A DNA stretch of 64,000 nucleotides from Leptolyngbyaceae cyanobacterium (GCA_050042805.1 JBHJJI010000110.1:12672-76671), one strand, 5' to 3'; positions 21,304-31,909 are shown, numbered from the stretch's first letter. Notes: generated from the letters alone by a model not told the origin. Numbers and translations are program-made.

Positions 21304-21792
21304 TTAGCTGAGCGCGTTGATGGCGTAGTCGAGGTAAGAGTTGGCCTCAACTGCAGGGTCACCACTCAAACCGTGGTTAGACTTGATGTACTTCAGTGCT
21401 TCGATGTACCAGCTGGGGGACAACTCAAAGGTCGAGTTGATTTCAGCAATACCGGCAATCAAGTACTCATCCATGGGGCCAGTACCACCGACGATGCAGC
21501 AGTAGGTCACCATGCGTAGGTAGTAACCGATGTCACGCACACACTTTTCCTTACCGACGTTGGTTGCAGCGTAGTTCGGCCCTTGCATTTGGGTCGTGTA
21601 AGGAAACTTGTTGTACACCGCTTGGGCAGCACCCGAGGTGAGGCTAGACGCTTTTTCGGTCAGAGCCTTAGCCGCAGACAGGCTAGCACTCGCTTGGCGA
21701 AAACGGCCAAAGGCGGATTGAATCTCAGTCGAGCTCAGGTAGCGGCCTTGCGAATCAGCAGCAGCTACAGCTTCGGTCAAGGGGGTTTTCAT
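21304..21792 (-). CDS. cpcA: phycocyanin alpha subunit
   Basis: [28 protein letters not shown]; true start ATG 21792. Confidence 0.98.
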   Translation of the reverse strand: MKTPLTEAVAAADSQGRYLSSTEIQSAFGRFRQASASLSAAKALTEKASSLTSGAAQAVYNKFPYTTQMQGPNYAATNVGKEKCVRDIGYYLRMVTYCCIVGGTGPMDEYLIAGIAEINSTFELSPSWYIEALKYIKSNHGLSGDPAVEANSYLDYAINALS

Positions 21793-21880
21793 GGTCAAAA
21801 ATCTCCAGATAGAAGTTTGCTCAGAGGGCGGCAGATTTCTCTTCACCACTCCGAGGAGGATGGACGGGATAGCAAAAAGA

Positions 21881-22399
21881 CTAAGCTACGGCAGCAGCAG
21901 CAGTATCGAAGTAGGAACCGATTTCAGCCATCAAGCTGGAGCAATCACCGGAGGTGATGCCTGCAGAATCATTGGCGATCGCGATCGCGGCAGCCTTCAT
22001 CTTCTCAACGCCGATAGCCACGGAAGTACCGGGAGTCCCTAGAGCGACATAAGTTTCCCGTAGGCCATTCAAGCAGCGGTCATTTAAAACACTCGCATCA
22101 CCGGCAAAGACCGAGTAGGTGATGTAGCGCAAGATGATGTCCATATCGCGCAAACAAGCAGCCATGCGGCGGCTAGTGTAAGCGTTACCCCCTGGGGCAA
22201 TCAATTGAGGTTGCTCAGCAAACAACTCACGAGCAGCGCTAGCCACAATCGCAGAGGAGTTACTGGTAATGCGATTCACAGCATCCATCCGCTTGTTGCC
22301 ATCAGCAACCATGGCACTCAACGCATCAATCTGGTCAGTGCTGAGGTAGGCACCTCGAGCATCAGCCTGGGAGACTACTTTTGCAAAAGCGTCAAACAT
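21881..22399 (-). CDS. cpcB: phycocyanin beta subunit
   Basis: [38 protein letters not shown]. Confidence 0.98.
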   Translation of the reverse strand: MFDAFAKVVSQADARGAYLSTDQIDALSAMVADGNKRMDAVNRITSNSSAIVASAARELFAEQPQLIAPGGNAYTSRRMAACLRDMDIILRYITYSVFAGDASVLNDRCLNGLRETYVALGTPGTSVAIGVEKMKAAAIAIANDSAGITSGDCSSLMAEIGSYFDTAAAAVA

Positions 22400-22919
22400 T
22401 AACTCAATCTCCTTAGAGTTTGTAGAAGGATTTTAAGGTGTGACTAATAGCCCATACTTGGGAATGCCCTCGGATTACGAGGAAAGCCTCCATCAATGGG
22501 CGGCAGCACTAAGGCTGACAAGGCACCAATGAGACTTCTTCTAACATTCCTGAGAATAGGAAACTTAGAAACGTTTACCTTTCTTAAAGGAAGAAGTTGG
22601 AGCTGGGATAAGACCCCCCAACCAGAAATGCATCTGGCCACCAACTCTTGAACTTTCCTGTTTATACTATGCCGTTGAATCGATTTGCTATTACGAATTG
22701 TCAACTAATTCATCTTGCCTCAAGATCCTCCGACTGAGAGGATTCCAGCGATCCCCTGAAAATGTCTGTCAGCTTGGAAATGCAACGAAAGATGAAGAAG
22801 TGCGGCGTTTGATTGACCCACGCCGGGCATCCCGAGAGCGCTGGCGCGATACGAAGTTTTCTGAGAACCGCTCGGTGGCGACTTAGGTTAGGAGATTTCC
22901 GAGAAAGCACATACCGGCA

Positions 22920-22989
22920 CTGTCAGGGCGGGTTTGACGAGTCACCTTCATGAACATCGCTACCCGAAATCAACAAAACCTGCCCCTAC
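22920..22989 (-). repeat. GTAG-type REP doublet (REPIN-like)
   Basis: Minus strand GTAGGGGCAGGTTTT-spacer-AAACCCGCCCTGACAG; second copy at 29851-29919. Confidence 0.7.
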
Positions 22990-23118
22990 GAGTATCGTCT
23001 TGGCTAGAAAACTTCTTAGGCCGATTCTGCCAATCACGACTCCCGTGACTTCCTCTCTACCCGCCACTCGGTGACCCTTTACCTCAAACATCTGTGGCGC
23101 CTTTTAGGAGAACTGGCA

Positions 23119-23859
23119 TTAGACCGGGAGATGACGTTCTAAATCAAACAGAAACCCATGGATATACTCTTCGGTCCACTCGGGGCCATAGAATCGCGTG
23201 AACATGCCCCGCGCCGGATCCTTTTCGGCCCGGTAGCGGAGATAGCTCAGCTGGGCTTGTTCAATCGCCTTTAGTTTAGTCGGACTGGTCACGGGTTCCG
23301 CTTGCTCAACAAAGTCCAAATAGGCTTGCAGATAAGCTTTAAAGGCATCAAACACATGGGTCTCAACCACCTCAGTCTGAGTGGGGCGAGTCCACAGAAA
23401 GGCCGGAGAAAAGAAGGGCTGGGCTTCGGCCGGAAAATCACCGCCCCAGGGCAAATGGGGCTGAAAAGATTCAAAAATCGGCAAGATCGGCTGCGTATAT
23501 TTGGCCTGATACGAGGCATCATCACGAAACAGCGGCTGCATATCCAGCGCAATCAGATGTCCCCCCGGCAAGGTCACTAAATCAGCCCCAAAAAAGGGCA
23601 AGTCATAGTTGAGGCGCGGAAAAATGACAAAATTGAGCACCTGCAACGCCTCTCCTCCCTGCACATGGGCTGCCCGAATTTGCCGCAGGTTGGGAGATTG
23701 ATGGGCATAACTGGTCGTTAAGACGGTGGCCTGGCGCTTACCTTTGCCCGTCACCGCCTCTTTGACTTCAAACCCTTCAGGAATGGGATAAGGCTGCAGA
23801 TCGAGGGACTGCTGTAGTTGCTGCAGGGCGTGGTCTAAAAAAGGTTGATAGAGGGTCAT
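23119..23859 (-). CDS. pebB: phycoerythrobilin:ferredoxin oxidoreductase
   Basis: [34 protein letters not shown]. Confidence 0.95.
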   Translation of the reverse strand: MTLYQPFLDHALQQLQQSLDLQPYPIPEGFEVKEAVTGKGKRQATVLTTSYAHQSPNLRQIRAAHVQGGEALQVLNFVIFPRLNYDLPFFGADLVTLPGGHLIALDMQPLFRDDASYQAKYTQPILPIFESFQPHLPWGGDFPAEAQPFFSPAFLWTRPTQTEVVETHVFDAFKAYLQAYLDFVEQAEPVTSPTKLKAIEQAQLSYLRYRAEKDPARGMFTRFYGPEWTEEYIHGFLFDLERHLPV

Positions 23860-23871
23860 GACAGTCTCACA

Positions 23872-24621
23872 TCACCTCGCTGCTGCGACTAAGGGCACGG
23901 CATCTTCAAATAAGAACTCATGCAGAAAGCGTTCTGACCAGTCGTGACCGAAGTAGCTGCTAAAGAGCCCCGAAGCCGGGTCGCGCTCAGCGCTGTACTG
24001 GTCGTAGTCTTTTTGAGCTTGGTTCACCTGCTCAATCTCAGCCGGATCGGTCAACGGCTGAGCGGCCTCTAGCATTTCAAAATACAGCTGCAGATAATCT
24101 TTAAACGCTTCAAATACCCGAGTTTTCACGGTTTCGGCATCGGTCTTCGCGAACAGCAGGTACTTGGAAAAATATTGATTGGCATCATAGGATTTCATCT
24201 CCAGATTCTGGCTCAAATCTGGATACTGATCGTGCAGAGCCTTGAGGGGCGTAATGTATTTGTCTAAATAGGCAGCATCTTGAAACAGCGGCTGAAAATC
24301 CATCACGATCAAGTTCTTGACCTTGCCAAAGGAGAGAAAGTCAACGCCTAAGAGGGGCAGATCATAGTGATGGCTGGGATAAATCACACTATTCAGAATC
24401 TGCGAGGCCTCTCCTGCATCAATGTAGGTATAGCGAATTTTTCTCAGCTCAGGGCATTGATAACACCAGCTTTGAATCGTGGCTGGGCTCCGCCCGCGAT
24501 CGCTAACCCGATGTGCCAAACCTGCCGGAATCGGGCGCTGCTGCAAGCTGAAATGCTGATGTAGAACAGCTTCCAGATGCTCTAGAAAGGGAGTATACAT
24601 AGTTTCTAACGGTTTTTTCAC
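23872..24621 (-). CDS. pebA: 15,16-dihydrobiliverdin:ferredoxin oxidoreductase
   Basis: RKIRYTYIDAG, DFQPL, YSAERDPASGLF; alternative start ATG 24600. Confidence 0.95.
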   Translation of the reverse strand: MKKPLETMYTPFLEHLEAVLHQHFSLQQRPIPAGLAHRVSDRGRSPATIQSWCYQCPELRKIRYTYIDAGEASQILNSVIYPSHHYDLPLLGVDFLSFGKVKNLIVMDFQPLFQDAAYLDKYITPLKALHDQYPDLSQNLEMKSYDANQYFSKYLLFAKTDAETVKTRVFEAFKDYLQLYFEMLEAAQPLTDPAEIEQVNQAQKDYDQYSAERDPASGLFSSYFGHDWSERFLHEFLFEDAVPLVAAAR

Positions 24622-24716
24622 TCTAAATCCTGAGGTTAGAGGATATCTGAGGGCATTTCCGCGCTGATCCCCCAGAGCGTAATTTTCCTTAATGTCAGTG
24701 CTGAGCCCGTCGGCAG

Positions 24717-25298
24717 CTAAGAGGCCCTGGCTAAATTATGCTGAATCATTCGCTCCAGATCCGGCTCAGACATCAGACGTCGCTCTGAGCAGTAGGTCAT
24801 CAAATACACCCCATTCAGCATGCGCACGGTGCTCACGCGCACCCGAAAATCATCCGTAAGAAACCAGCAGCGCTCTTGTCCCTGGTTTTGGTCATATTCC
24901 GTATCAATCGTCAACACCCCATCTTGACCAAACCAATACCGGCAGATGACGGGGATTTTTTCGATGTAGCCCTGATTGCGCAACAGTTTGCCTGAGCGAC
25001 CGGTCTCATCATCAGGCACATCCACGAGGACAGCCGCCTGATCAGGATTGGGACTGCCCTCTTCTTCATGGGGCTGCCACATAAAGCTCGCCCCGCCTGT
25101 TGCCTGCTGCGGATCAATCCCCTGTGCGTGACAAATCGTTTGCACGCGATCGTCGACGGACGGGAGAACGCCCACATACAACTTCGACTCTCCCGACTCA
25201 TCGGCAACGGTATCAAAATGGTGAACCGTACGCTGGGTAAACCAAACGCCTTCGCTTTTGCGAAAAAAGTCCATCATCGTTTTTGGGGTGACCAGCAC
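24717..25298 (-). CDS. cpeU: S/U-type bilin lyase CpeU
   Basis: MMDFFRKSEGVWFTQRTVHHFD, GQERCWF, TYCSERR; upstream of pebAB. Confidence 0.75.
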   Translation of the reverse strand: MLVTPKTMMDFFRKSEGVWFTQRTVHHFDTVADESGESKLYVGVLPSVDDRVQTICHAQGIDPQQATGGASFMWQPHEEEGSPNPDQAAVLVDVPDDETGRSGKLLRNQGYIEKIPVICRYWFGQDGVLTIDTEYDQNQGQERCWFLTDDFRVRVSTVRMLNGVYLMTYCSERRLMSEPDLERMIQHNLARAS

Positions 25299-25658
25299 AA
25301 TGGCTTCTCCTTAACTCATTAACTCAGGGCAACGGTAAATTGCTTCGGGAGAACCGGGGGCTCCCCTGTTTCAGCATTTTAGGGGGCGATGTTTCAGCTC
25401 ATACCATTGACGTCACCTTTGCAGCAATTCTCAGCATGGTTTTGTCGGTTCGTCCGTTATTGGCCAAACTGATGGGGACGACACTGCTGGATTCGCTGCT
25501 CGACGCACCAGTTCAGCCCATAACCTGCTCAGGACGTCGGAAAAATCTAACTCCACGAGCCTGAATACCCGCTTGAGCCCAGGACAGGGGATATCATTTA
25601 ATATTTTATGAAGAAATGTAAACTATACTAAGGGTAATTGGATTCTTGTAACCGCTGC

Positions 25659-26312
25659 ATGGAACTACATCAAATTGAATCTTTTCTGGAAAGCGCCGAT
25701 CCTCAGGATCGCCTGAAGGCGCTGGTAGCACTCAGAAAACATGAGCCTCAGGACGTGGTGCCGCTACTGACCCAACACCTCCATGACAAGGAGTTTGTGG
25801 TGCGTTCGTTTGTTGCCATGGGTCTGGGTTATAAGCAAACCGAGGCCGGGTTTGAAGCCTTATTGAATTTGATTGAGCATGACCAAGACCCCAATGTCGT
25901 GGCGGAGGCTGCTAATTCGCTAGAAAAGTATGGCGATCGCGCCGTGCCTTACTTAACTCAACTATTCGAGCGCAATTCCCATTGGCTGGTGCGACAAAGC
26001 ATTTTTGCCGCGTTAGAAGAAGTGCAGCCAGAAATTAGATTGCAGCTCTGTCGCTGGGGTTGGCAGGGTGAAGATATTGTCGTGCAGCACAACGCGATTG
26101 CTAACTTGGGTCGGCTGCAGAACACTCCCCAGGCTATGGAGGCCTTAGCCATCATTTTAGAGGCTGCCGTTTCTGACACTCCGATGCTGCGAGCGCAAGC
26201 GGCCCGAGTGCTACCGGGCTTTGATGCCCCAGCCGCCCAAGCGGCGATGGCAGAACTGCGGCAAGACGATAACCTGCGGGTGGTGGGCGCCACCCTCGAA
26301 AGTCTCCTGTAA
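25659..26312 (+). CDS. NblB-like HEAT-repeat protein (paralog 1)
   Basis: DRLKALVALR, EFVVRSFVAMGLG, DPNVVAEAANSL, HWLVRQSI. Confidence 0.75.
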   Translation: MELHQIESFLESADPQDRLKALVALRKHEPQDVVPLLTQHLHDKEFVVRSFVAMGLGYKQTEAGFEALLNLIEHDQDPNVVAEAANSLEKYGDRAVPYLTQLFERNSHWLVRQSIFAALEEVQPEIRLQLCRWGWQGEDIVVQHNAIANLGRLQNTPQAMEALAIILEAAVSDTPMLRAQAARVLPGFDAPAAQAAMAELRQDDNLRVVGATLESLL

Positions 26313-26453
26313 TCACACTTTAAGGAGCGGCGCTCAAATCGCGTCTGCGATCGCTGGAGTTGGGCACCGCTAACCCCTGATAGAAGTGCTTGCTGTCAGG
26401 GATATGGTGTTGAAGGGCAGCCCTAACGGCTCCTAATTGAGAGGTTCAAAAGT

Positions 26454-27296
26454 ATGGGTAACCCTCTGGCAGTCATTGGCTGTGGTTATGTGGGAACGGT
26501 GTTAGCCGAATATTGGCAACAGCAAGGGCATCAGGTCACCGGCACCACCACTCAGTCGGAGCGGGTGGCGGTGCTACAGTCAGTGCTCGCCAACGCCATC
26601 GTGCTGCGGGGCGACGATGGCCCTGGGGTGATTGCTCTTTGCCAAGGGCAAAATACGGTCGTGGCCAGTGTGGCTCCCCCCCGTGCCCAGGCCGGAGACC
26701 CCAAGATTTATGCCGCCACTTATTTGCCCTTGGCGCAAAACCTGGCAGCCGCCCTAGAGCAAGCCACGCCAGATTTGCAGGTGATCTATCTGAGCAGTTG
26801 CTCGGTGTATGGCGATCGCCAGGGCCATTGGGTCGATGAGACCGCGCCCATTTTTCCGACCACTGACCAGATTAAGGTACTGCATGAAGCGGAACAGACC
26901 TTACTCAGTGCCGCGTCAGCCGCGCAGCAGGTGTGTATTTTTCGTCTGGGGGGCATCTATGGCCCCGGTCGCGAATTGTTCAAACGATATGCCAGCTTAG
27001 CGGGGAAAACTCTACCTGGCCAAGGCGATCGTGTGATCAACTGGATTCATTTAGCCGATATTGTCGGGGCCATAGAATTTGCCCGTGCCCATCGCCTTGA
27101 AGGCATCTATAACCTGGTGGACGATAGCGTCATGACCGTGCGCGAACAGGTAGACCTCGTCTGTACCCACAATCAATTACCGCCCGTCACCTGGGATACC
27201 TCTCAACCCAGCCAAGCGACTAAAAATTTGCGAGTGAGCAACCAAAAGTTGAAAGCTGCCGGATATCCATTGCTTTACCCTAAGTTAGTGGCATGA
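26454..27296 (+). CDS. NAD-dependent epimerase / atypical SDR (YeeZ-like)
   Basis: GCGYVG, YLSSCSVYGD, RLGGIYGPGR, NWIHLADI. Confidence 0.88.
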   Translation: MGNPLAVIGCGYVGTVLAEYWQQQGHQVTGTTTQSERVAVLQSVLANAIVLRGDDGPGVIALCQGQNTVVASVAPPRAQAGDPKIYAATYLPLAQNLAAALEQATPDLQVIYLSSCSVYGDRQGHWVDETAPIFPTTDQIKVLHEAEQTLLSAASAAQQVCIFRLGGIYGPGRELFKRYASLAGKTLPGQGDRVINWIHLADIVGAIEFARAHRLEGIYNLVDDSVMTVREQVDLVCTHNQLPPVTWDTSQPSQATKNLRVSNQKLKAAGYPLLYPKLVA

Positions 27297-27333
27297 GATC
27301 TGGCCGCCAATTGCAGATGGGAGCGCTATCCCT

Positions 27334-28092
27334 ATGAGCCATCGCCCCGACCCCAGACATGACCAATGGTTGATCACAGCGCATTTTTTGGAAGCAACCT
27401 ATCTCTCGCCCCAGCATGCCGTTGACTGGCTGCAATTGAGCGCGGGGATTCCGGCAGCGAGTTATGCCACGATTCACACACTGGTTAGCCGCATCAAAGC
27501 CAGTCAAGATCTGACCAAAGGCGATCGCATGTTCGTCATTATGCTGCAGTTGTTTGCCGCTGAACCGGCCGGTAATGGGGCAACCGCGATCGCTCAATTG
27601 CAACATCATTTAAACACCGTTGAAACGACATTTGTGCCCTGGCAGATTGTCTTAGAAAACCAAAAACGTAATCACCATGAGGCCGAGACTGACCCGATCA
27701 AACTAGCTAACCAGTATCGTCTAGATTCCACTCGGCAAGCAATTCAAGATGCCAGGGCAGGCATTCCCCCCGCCCAGCGCGATCAGTTTTATCGCGGCAT
27801 CATGAAACCGCCCTCAGAAACGGCGGTGCGCCGCAACGTCTTTCCTGGCAAAGCTATCTACGGCTTGACGGGCCACCTCATTACCGTTGATGAGGCCAGC
27901 GGGGCCATGCAGATTCAACGAGTAGGAGCGCCTTATCAATCAACGCTCACCGGTCTGTGGTTTGACCCAGCCTACTTTCAATCCATGCCCCAGCGGCCCT
28001 ATGAGTTTCAAAAAGCTGGTTTAGATGGCAAGAACGTCTGGGATGAGTATGTCTTTAACGCCGCTGCCGACGTGAGCCACAAGAAAAGCTAG
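27334..28092 (+). CDS. hypothetical protein, possible polymorphic-toxin-like domain
   Basis: 252-aa ATG ORF; see findings. Confidence 0.65.
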   Translation: MSHRPDPRHDQWLITAHFLEATYLSPQHAVDWLQLSAGIPAASYATIHTLVSRIKASQDLTKGDRMFVIMLQLFAAEPAGNGATAIAQLQHHLNTVETTFVPWQIVLENQKRNHHEAETDPIKLANQYRLDSTRQAIQDARAGIPPAQRDQFYRGIMKPPSETAVRRNVFPGKAIYGLTGHLITVDEASGAMQIQRVGAPYQSTLTGLWFDPAYFQSMPQRPYEFQKAGLDGKNVWDEYVFNAAADVSHKKS

Positions 28093-28186
28093 GAGATTTC
28101 CTACCAAGCATGTAGCCCCTGTAGGGTGCCGTTGGCGAAGTCTAAAGCACCCTTGAAGCGGTATTTTCATGACTCGCGATCGCCTC

Positions 28187-28276
28187 ATCACCGATGCTCT
28201 GAAACAAGATTACAAATCTGGCTCCCTGGCGTTTTTCAGATGGCATCGGGAGTCCGATCCCTGAGAACTGGGTATT
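28187..28276 (-). mobile_element. MITE-like element, family A copy 3
   Basis: ACCGATGCTCTGAAAC...GATGGCATCGGGAGTCCGATCCCTGAGAACTGGGTAT. Confidence 0.75.
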
Positions 28277-28344
28277 ACACCCGGCAACGAGAACGGTACA
28301 ATGCCTGTGCAACGACGATATTCTCAGCTTTTGAGCCCTCAAGC

Positions 28345-29145
28345 ATGGCCGATACAGACGCACGGGCAACTTCTGAAACCGTTTTAGCCGCTGTTAAAGC
28401 GGGCAAAAGTCTCAGTGAGTGCGATTTTTACCAGTTCGACTTTCAAGGGTTGGCGCTACCCCAAGCAATCTTCGCCAAAGCGACGCTGGCCCGTGCCAAC
28501 TTCCAAGCCGCCCAGCTAGAGGGGGCCGATTTGAGTGGTGCTGACTTACGAGCCGCTAACCTTAGCCAGGCATCCTTAATTGGCAGCAATCTCAGGGGAG
28601 CCTGCCTGTATCGAGCCGACCTCACGGGCGCTGATTTGAGCACCGCTGACTTAACCGACGCCCAATTAAAGGGAGCCTGTTATGACAGCCAGACGAAATT
28701 TCCTGAGGGGTTTGCCTACAAGTCCTCTGGAGCCATTGGCCCCGGTGCCAATCTGAACGGGGCGGCCCTCAACACGGCAAATTTACGCCATGCCGATTTG
28801 CAGGGAGCCAATTTACTCGGAGCCTACCTGGGGGGTGCTGATCTGACGCAGGCCAATCTCAAGGGGGCGCGGTTAGCGCAGGCGGATCTGCGGAGAGCCA
28901 ATTTGACCGGTGCCTGCTTATGCAATGCTCGCCTGAATGGCAGCAACTTGATGGGCGTTGATCTACGAGCTACCGATCTGACTGATGCTGCATTTGAGGG
29001 CTTTGAAAGCATTGCCGGAGCCGATTTCACTCAGGCTCAAGGCTTAACTGATGCGATGAAAACCCGATTACTCAGTCACCCGGCAGAACAGTTAGAGGCC
29101 CGACATCCTTTAACCCTAAGGACCACGCGAGCCAGTCTCAGTTAA
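28345..29145 (+). CDS. pentapeptide repeat protein
   Basis: A(D/N)LXX repeats in two blocks; real start ATG 28345, the longer ORF reads through a MITE. Confidence 0.9.
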   Translation: MADTDARATSETVLAAVKAGKSLSECDFYQFDFQGLALPQAIFAKATLARANFQAAQLEGADLSGADLRAANLSQASLIGSNLRGACLYRADLTGADLSTADLTDAQLKGACYDSQTKFPEGFAYKSSGAIGPGANLNGAALNTANLRHADLQGANLLGAYLGGADLTQANLKGARLAQADLRRANLTGACLCNARLNGSNLMGVDLRATDLTDAAFEGFESIAGADFTQAQGLTDAMKTRLLSHPAEQLEARHPLTLRTTRASLS

Positions 29146-29155
29146 CCCACGAGCT

Positions 29156-29695
29156 TTACATTCGGGTCTCTAGATATTGCCCGATCATCACTTCTTCGCC
29201 TGCCCGAGAAATGATGGTCTGGCGGGTGCGATATTGATGGCCAATGAGCTTCACCTCTTCCTCAAAGACATTACCGCTGTACTCGGTGCGCAGGCACATC
29301 GTGCCCGCATCGCGCATGGAGAATTGAGCAATGATGGGTTTGGGCGTAGAAAAGCCGCGATCGCGATAGAGCTGACTACCCTTCACCCCAAAAACGGTGG
29401 AACCCTTGGTTTGGCGAGGACTCGGGCCGACATAGTTACTTTCCCAAGTGGTAAACACGCCACAGGTGAGCGCTGCTTCGTCAGCTAATTCATGCTTCTG
29501 CGCCAGCTCACGCAATTCATCGCAGCCCTGATTCAGCGCTTGAACAGTCAAAAGGCTCACCACTTCTTGGGTTTCGCCGCTTTTGAGTGTGTAATAGCGC
29601 CGTTGCGATCGCCAGCTTCCGGTAGAGTCTCGAAAAAATTGACTCACTATCGCTTCTAGACTGAGTTTAGAAAGGTTGGCGGGCGTTTTCATCAT
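29156..29695 (-). CDS. cpcV: S/U-family bilin lyase-like protein CpcV
   Basis: GSWRSQRRYYTL, LYRDRGF, FEEEVKL, RTRQTIISRAGE, GQYLE. Confidence 0.7.
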   Translation of the reverse strand: MMKTPANLSKLSLEAIVSQFFRDSTGSWRSQRRYYTLKSGETQEVVSLLTVQALNQGCDELRELAQKHELADEAALTCGVFTTWESNYVGPSPRQTKGSTVFGVKGSQLYRDRGFSTPKPIIAQFSMRDAGTMCLRTEYSGNVFEEEVKLIGHQYRTRQTIISRAGEEVMIGQYLETRM

Positions 29696-29850
29696 TAATA
29701 TCCTCACACCATGAAACATCAGGCTATGAATACCCAGACAGCCAACTTCGCCAGGCTGCTGTGGTATTCAGCTACATCTTTCAAACTGACGGGGGGCGAT
29801 CTGGAGCCGCTCTTGGACAATTAAGGAGAACTCTAGCAAAGACAACACCC

Positions 29851-29919
29851 GGAGGCGCGGGTTTTACAGAGACCTGATAGCAGTGAATTTAGAGTCGTTA
29901 GCTAAACCCGCCCTGACAG
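29851..29919 (+). repeat. GTAG-type REP doublet copy 2
   Basis: GGAGGCGCGGGTTTT-spacer-AAACCCGCCCTGACAG, about the same length as 22920-22989. Confidence 0.65.
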
Positions 29920-29995
29920 GGCCGATATATGCTTTCTCAGAAATTGTCTAAGTTGTCTCTTGATCGAGCGACATCCCCGTCAAAACCAGCCAAGC

Positions 29996-30202
29996 TTACG
30001 ACTTGAAGGTGGTCCACTCTTGCTTTAGTAAAGCCATAAAGGTCGCAATGCCTTGGGAAAACCCTTTCGGATCGGGCTGAACGTAGTCTGGAAATTCTTC
30101 GAAGTAGCGCCAAGGCTCTGAAGGATTGTGGCGCAGGTGCAGCACCCGATCCTCGCCAACCAGCTTCCATAGCATTTGACCGCCTTTAGGAATTTCAGCC
30201 AT
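29996..30202 (-). CDS. small hypothetical protein (68 aa)
   Basis: AAGGAGG RBS before ATG 30202; Trp/Pro-rich LHLRHNPSEPW...PDPKGFSQGIATF. Confidence 0.75.
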   Translation of the reverse strand: MAEIPKGGQMLWKLVGEDRVLHLRHNPSEPWRYFEEFPDYVQPDPKGFSQGIATFMALLKQEWTTFKS

Positions 30203-31003
30203 CACAGCCTCCTTCTTCAAAATATTGTGAGCAAATACCCGAATGGTTCAGCCAATTGTGCCAGGATTAACGCAAATATATGTAACAAAATACACGTAAG
30301 CCCTAGACTTATTGGCTGTCATGGTCTCCAGTTCGTTGTCTTTAGAGCTTACACTCGCTGGATAGCCAACGACATCCTCCTTCAAGGGTAGGGTTGTGGA
30401 GATGTTGATTGTCGAATATGGCAGCCAGCTGATCGGTTCACAAGGTGTTTGGCTCTAGAGGAACGCTGCGAGGATGCGACTTTACCCACCGAGTTAATGC
30501 CTGAGCAATTAGGGAATCGCCGTAAAAATAACCCCAGTGTAGGATGGGTTAATTCCCTAACCGTCTGCTCAAAAGTCCCACCAGTCAGCTCTCTGGCCCA
30601 CCATCTTACATCCGCAACGGACAACTATTTTCATGCTCGGGAGCGACAGGTACGCTTGTGTCAGGGACCATGGCTCAAACATAGCGCCCCGATCGCAGGC
30701 GAACGAGGGAGGGGTCAGGAAACTAGCGCGGCCATGGGATGTTTTGTCCCTGTGCTGGCTGGGGTGTGAACCTGGGGCCACGGTCTGGGTAGCCTTCTGT
30801 AAGACTCAACAGGGTGAAACGGGAACTGTCGTGATCAAAACGGCATCTAGATCCTCTATCCCAGGCGGATCGGCTGGTGAGGCCGGCGCCCTGATGTTGG
30901 GTGTGCTACCAGCCTTTGTTCGGATTGAACAAGCGGCATAATAGACGGATCTGAAGGGCAGATTACTCGATACCCTAATTGTGGTTAGACAAGGACATTC
31001 AAA

Positions 31004-31747
31004 ATGAAGCATTTATTTTCTAGGACTGTCGGGCCTTTGGCTGCGGTTCTCACAATTTTGGGGGGAGGTTTGGTCGGTACCGCCGGTGTGGCGCAGGCCC
31101 AAACAATATTTGAAGAGCAGGGCACGATCGTTCCAGCCCTAGAGGAATACCCCTTAGACATGGAAGTTGGGGATGTGGTGGCGATCGTCATGACTAGCGA
31201 CGATTTTGATACGGTGCTGACGCTCATCGGGCCGGATGGCGAAGAGGTTGCTTTTAACGATGATTTTGGCAGCACTCTGAATTCGCGCATTGTCTACAAT
31301 GCCGAGGCGGCAGGTAGCTACTCCATTGTGGCCAAGTCTTTTGATGGTCAAGGCGGCGATTTTGCGATTGAGGTGCGCGCCGCGACCGACTATGAGGTGG
31401 CGTTTAGCCAAGCTCAGGTCAGTATTCAAAACCAGGATTTTGAAGGGGCGATCGCGGCCTATTCTGATGCGATCGCGCTGGACGACAGCAACCCTGAAGC
31501 CTTCTTAGGGCGGGCGGATGCTTACTTTGGTCAAGCTCAGACAGCATTGGAAGCCCAGGGCGAGTTTTTGGAAGACCCGACTGATCTAGAGCCTGAGATT
31601 CGTGATGCGATCGTCGCTGACTTTGCCAAGGCGGCAGAACTCTATGAAGCAGAAGGTGATCCGTTCACGGCTCAATCGTTGAGAGAGCAAATTCAATATA
31701 TTGAAACGGGCGAGTTTCCTGGCCCTGAGGGCGGCGGGCCGCGCTAG
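31004..31747 (+). CDS. exported PPC-domain plus TPR protein
   Basis: Signal peptide ending AQA, DFDTVLTL..GPDG..NDD PPC motif, TPR helix pair GAIAAYSDAIALD. Confidence 0.8.
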   Translation: MKHLFSRTVGPLAAVLTILGGGLVGTAGVAQAQTIFEEQGTIVPALEEYPLDMEVGDVVAIVMTSDDFDTVLTLIGPDGEEVAFNDDFGSTLNSRIVYNAEAAGSYSIVAKSFDGQGGDFAIEVRAATDYEVAFSQAQVSIQNQDFEGAIAAYSDAIALDDSNPEAFLGRADAYFGQAQTALEAQGEFLEDPTDLEPEIRDAIVADFAKAAELYEAEGDPFTAQSLREQIQYIETGEFPGPEGGGPR

Positions 31748-31835
31748 TGCACCAGTCGGCAAATATTGGGATGATTTTATCCGGACGCAGGGCGCTATCT
31801 CAGAAGAAAGGAATGGTAGATGCACCCTGATTTCT

Positions 31836-31865
31836 AGCCCCCGCCATATTTTGGTGGGGGCTTTT
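31836..31865 (+). terminator. rho-independent terminator
   Basis: AGCCCCCGCCA-TATTT-TGGTGGGGGCT-TTT. Confidence 0.75.
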
Positions 31866-31909
31866 ATTATGCGTCAGAATAATTTCCATGCCTAAAACCA
31901 GCGGCAGTT

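Noticed and set aside
28126-28344. N-terminal extension of the pentapeptide protein, and similar peptides at 3704, 10569, 31947, 37771, 47404, 51803, 53527
   Set aside because: These are translations of the family A repeat, not a protein family
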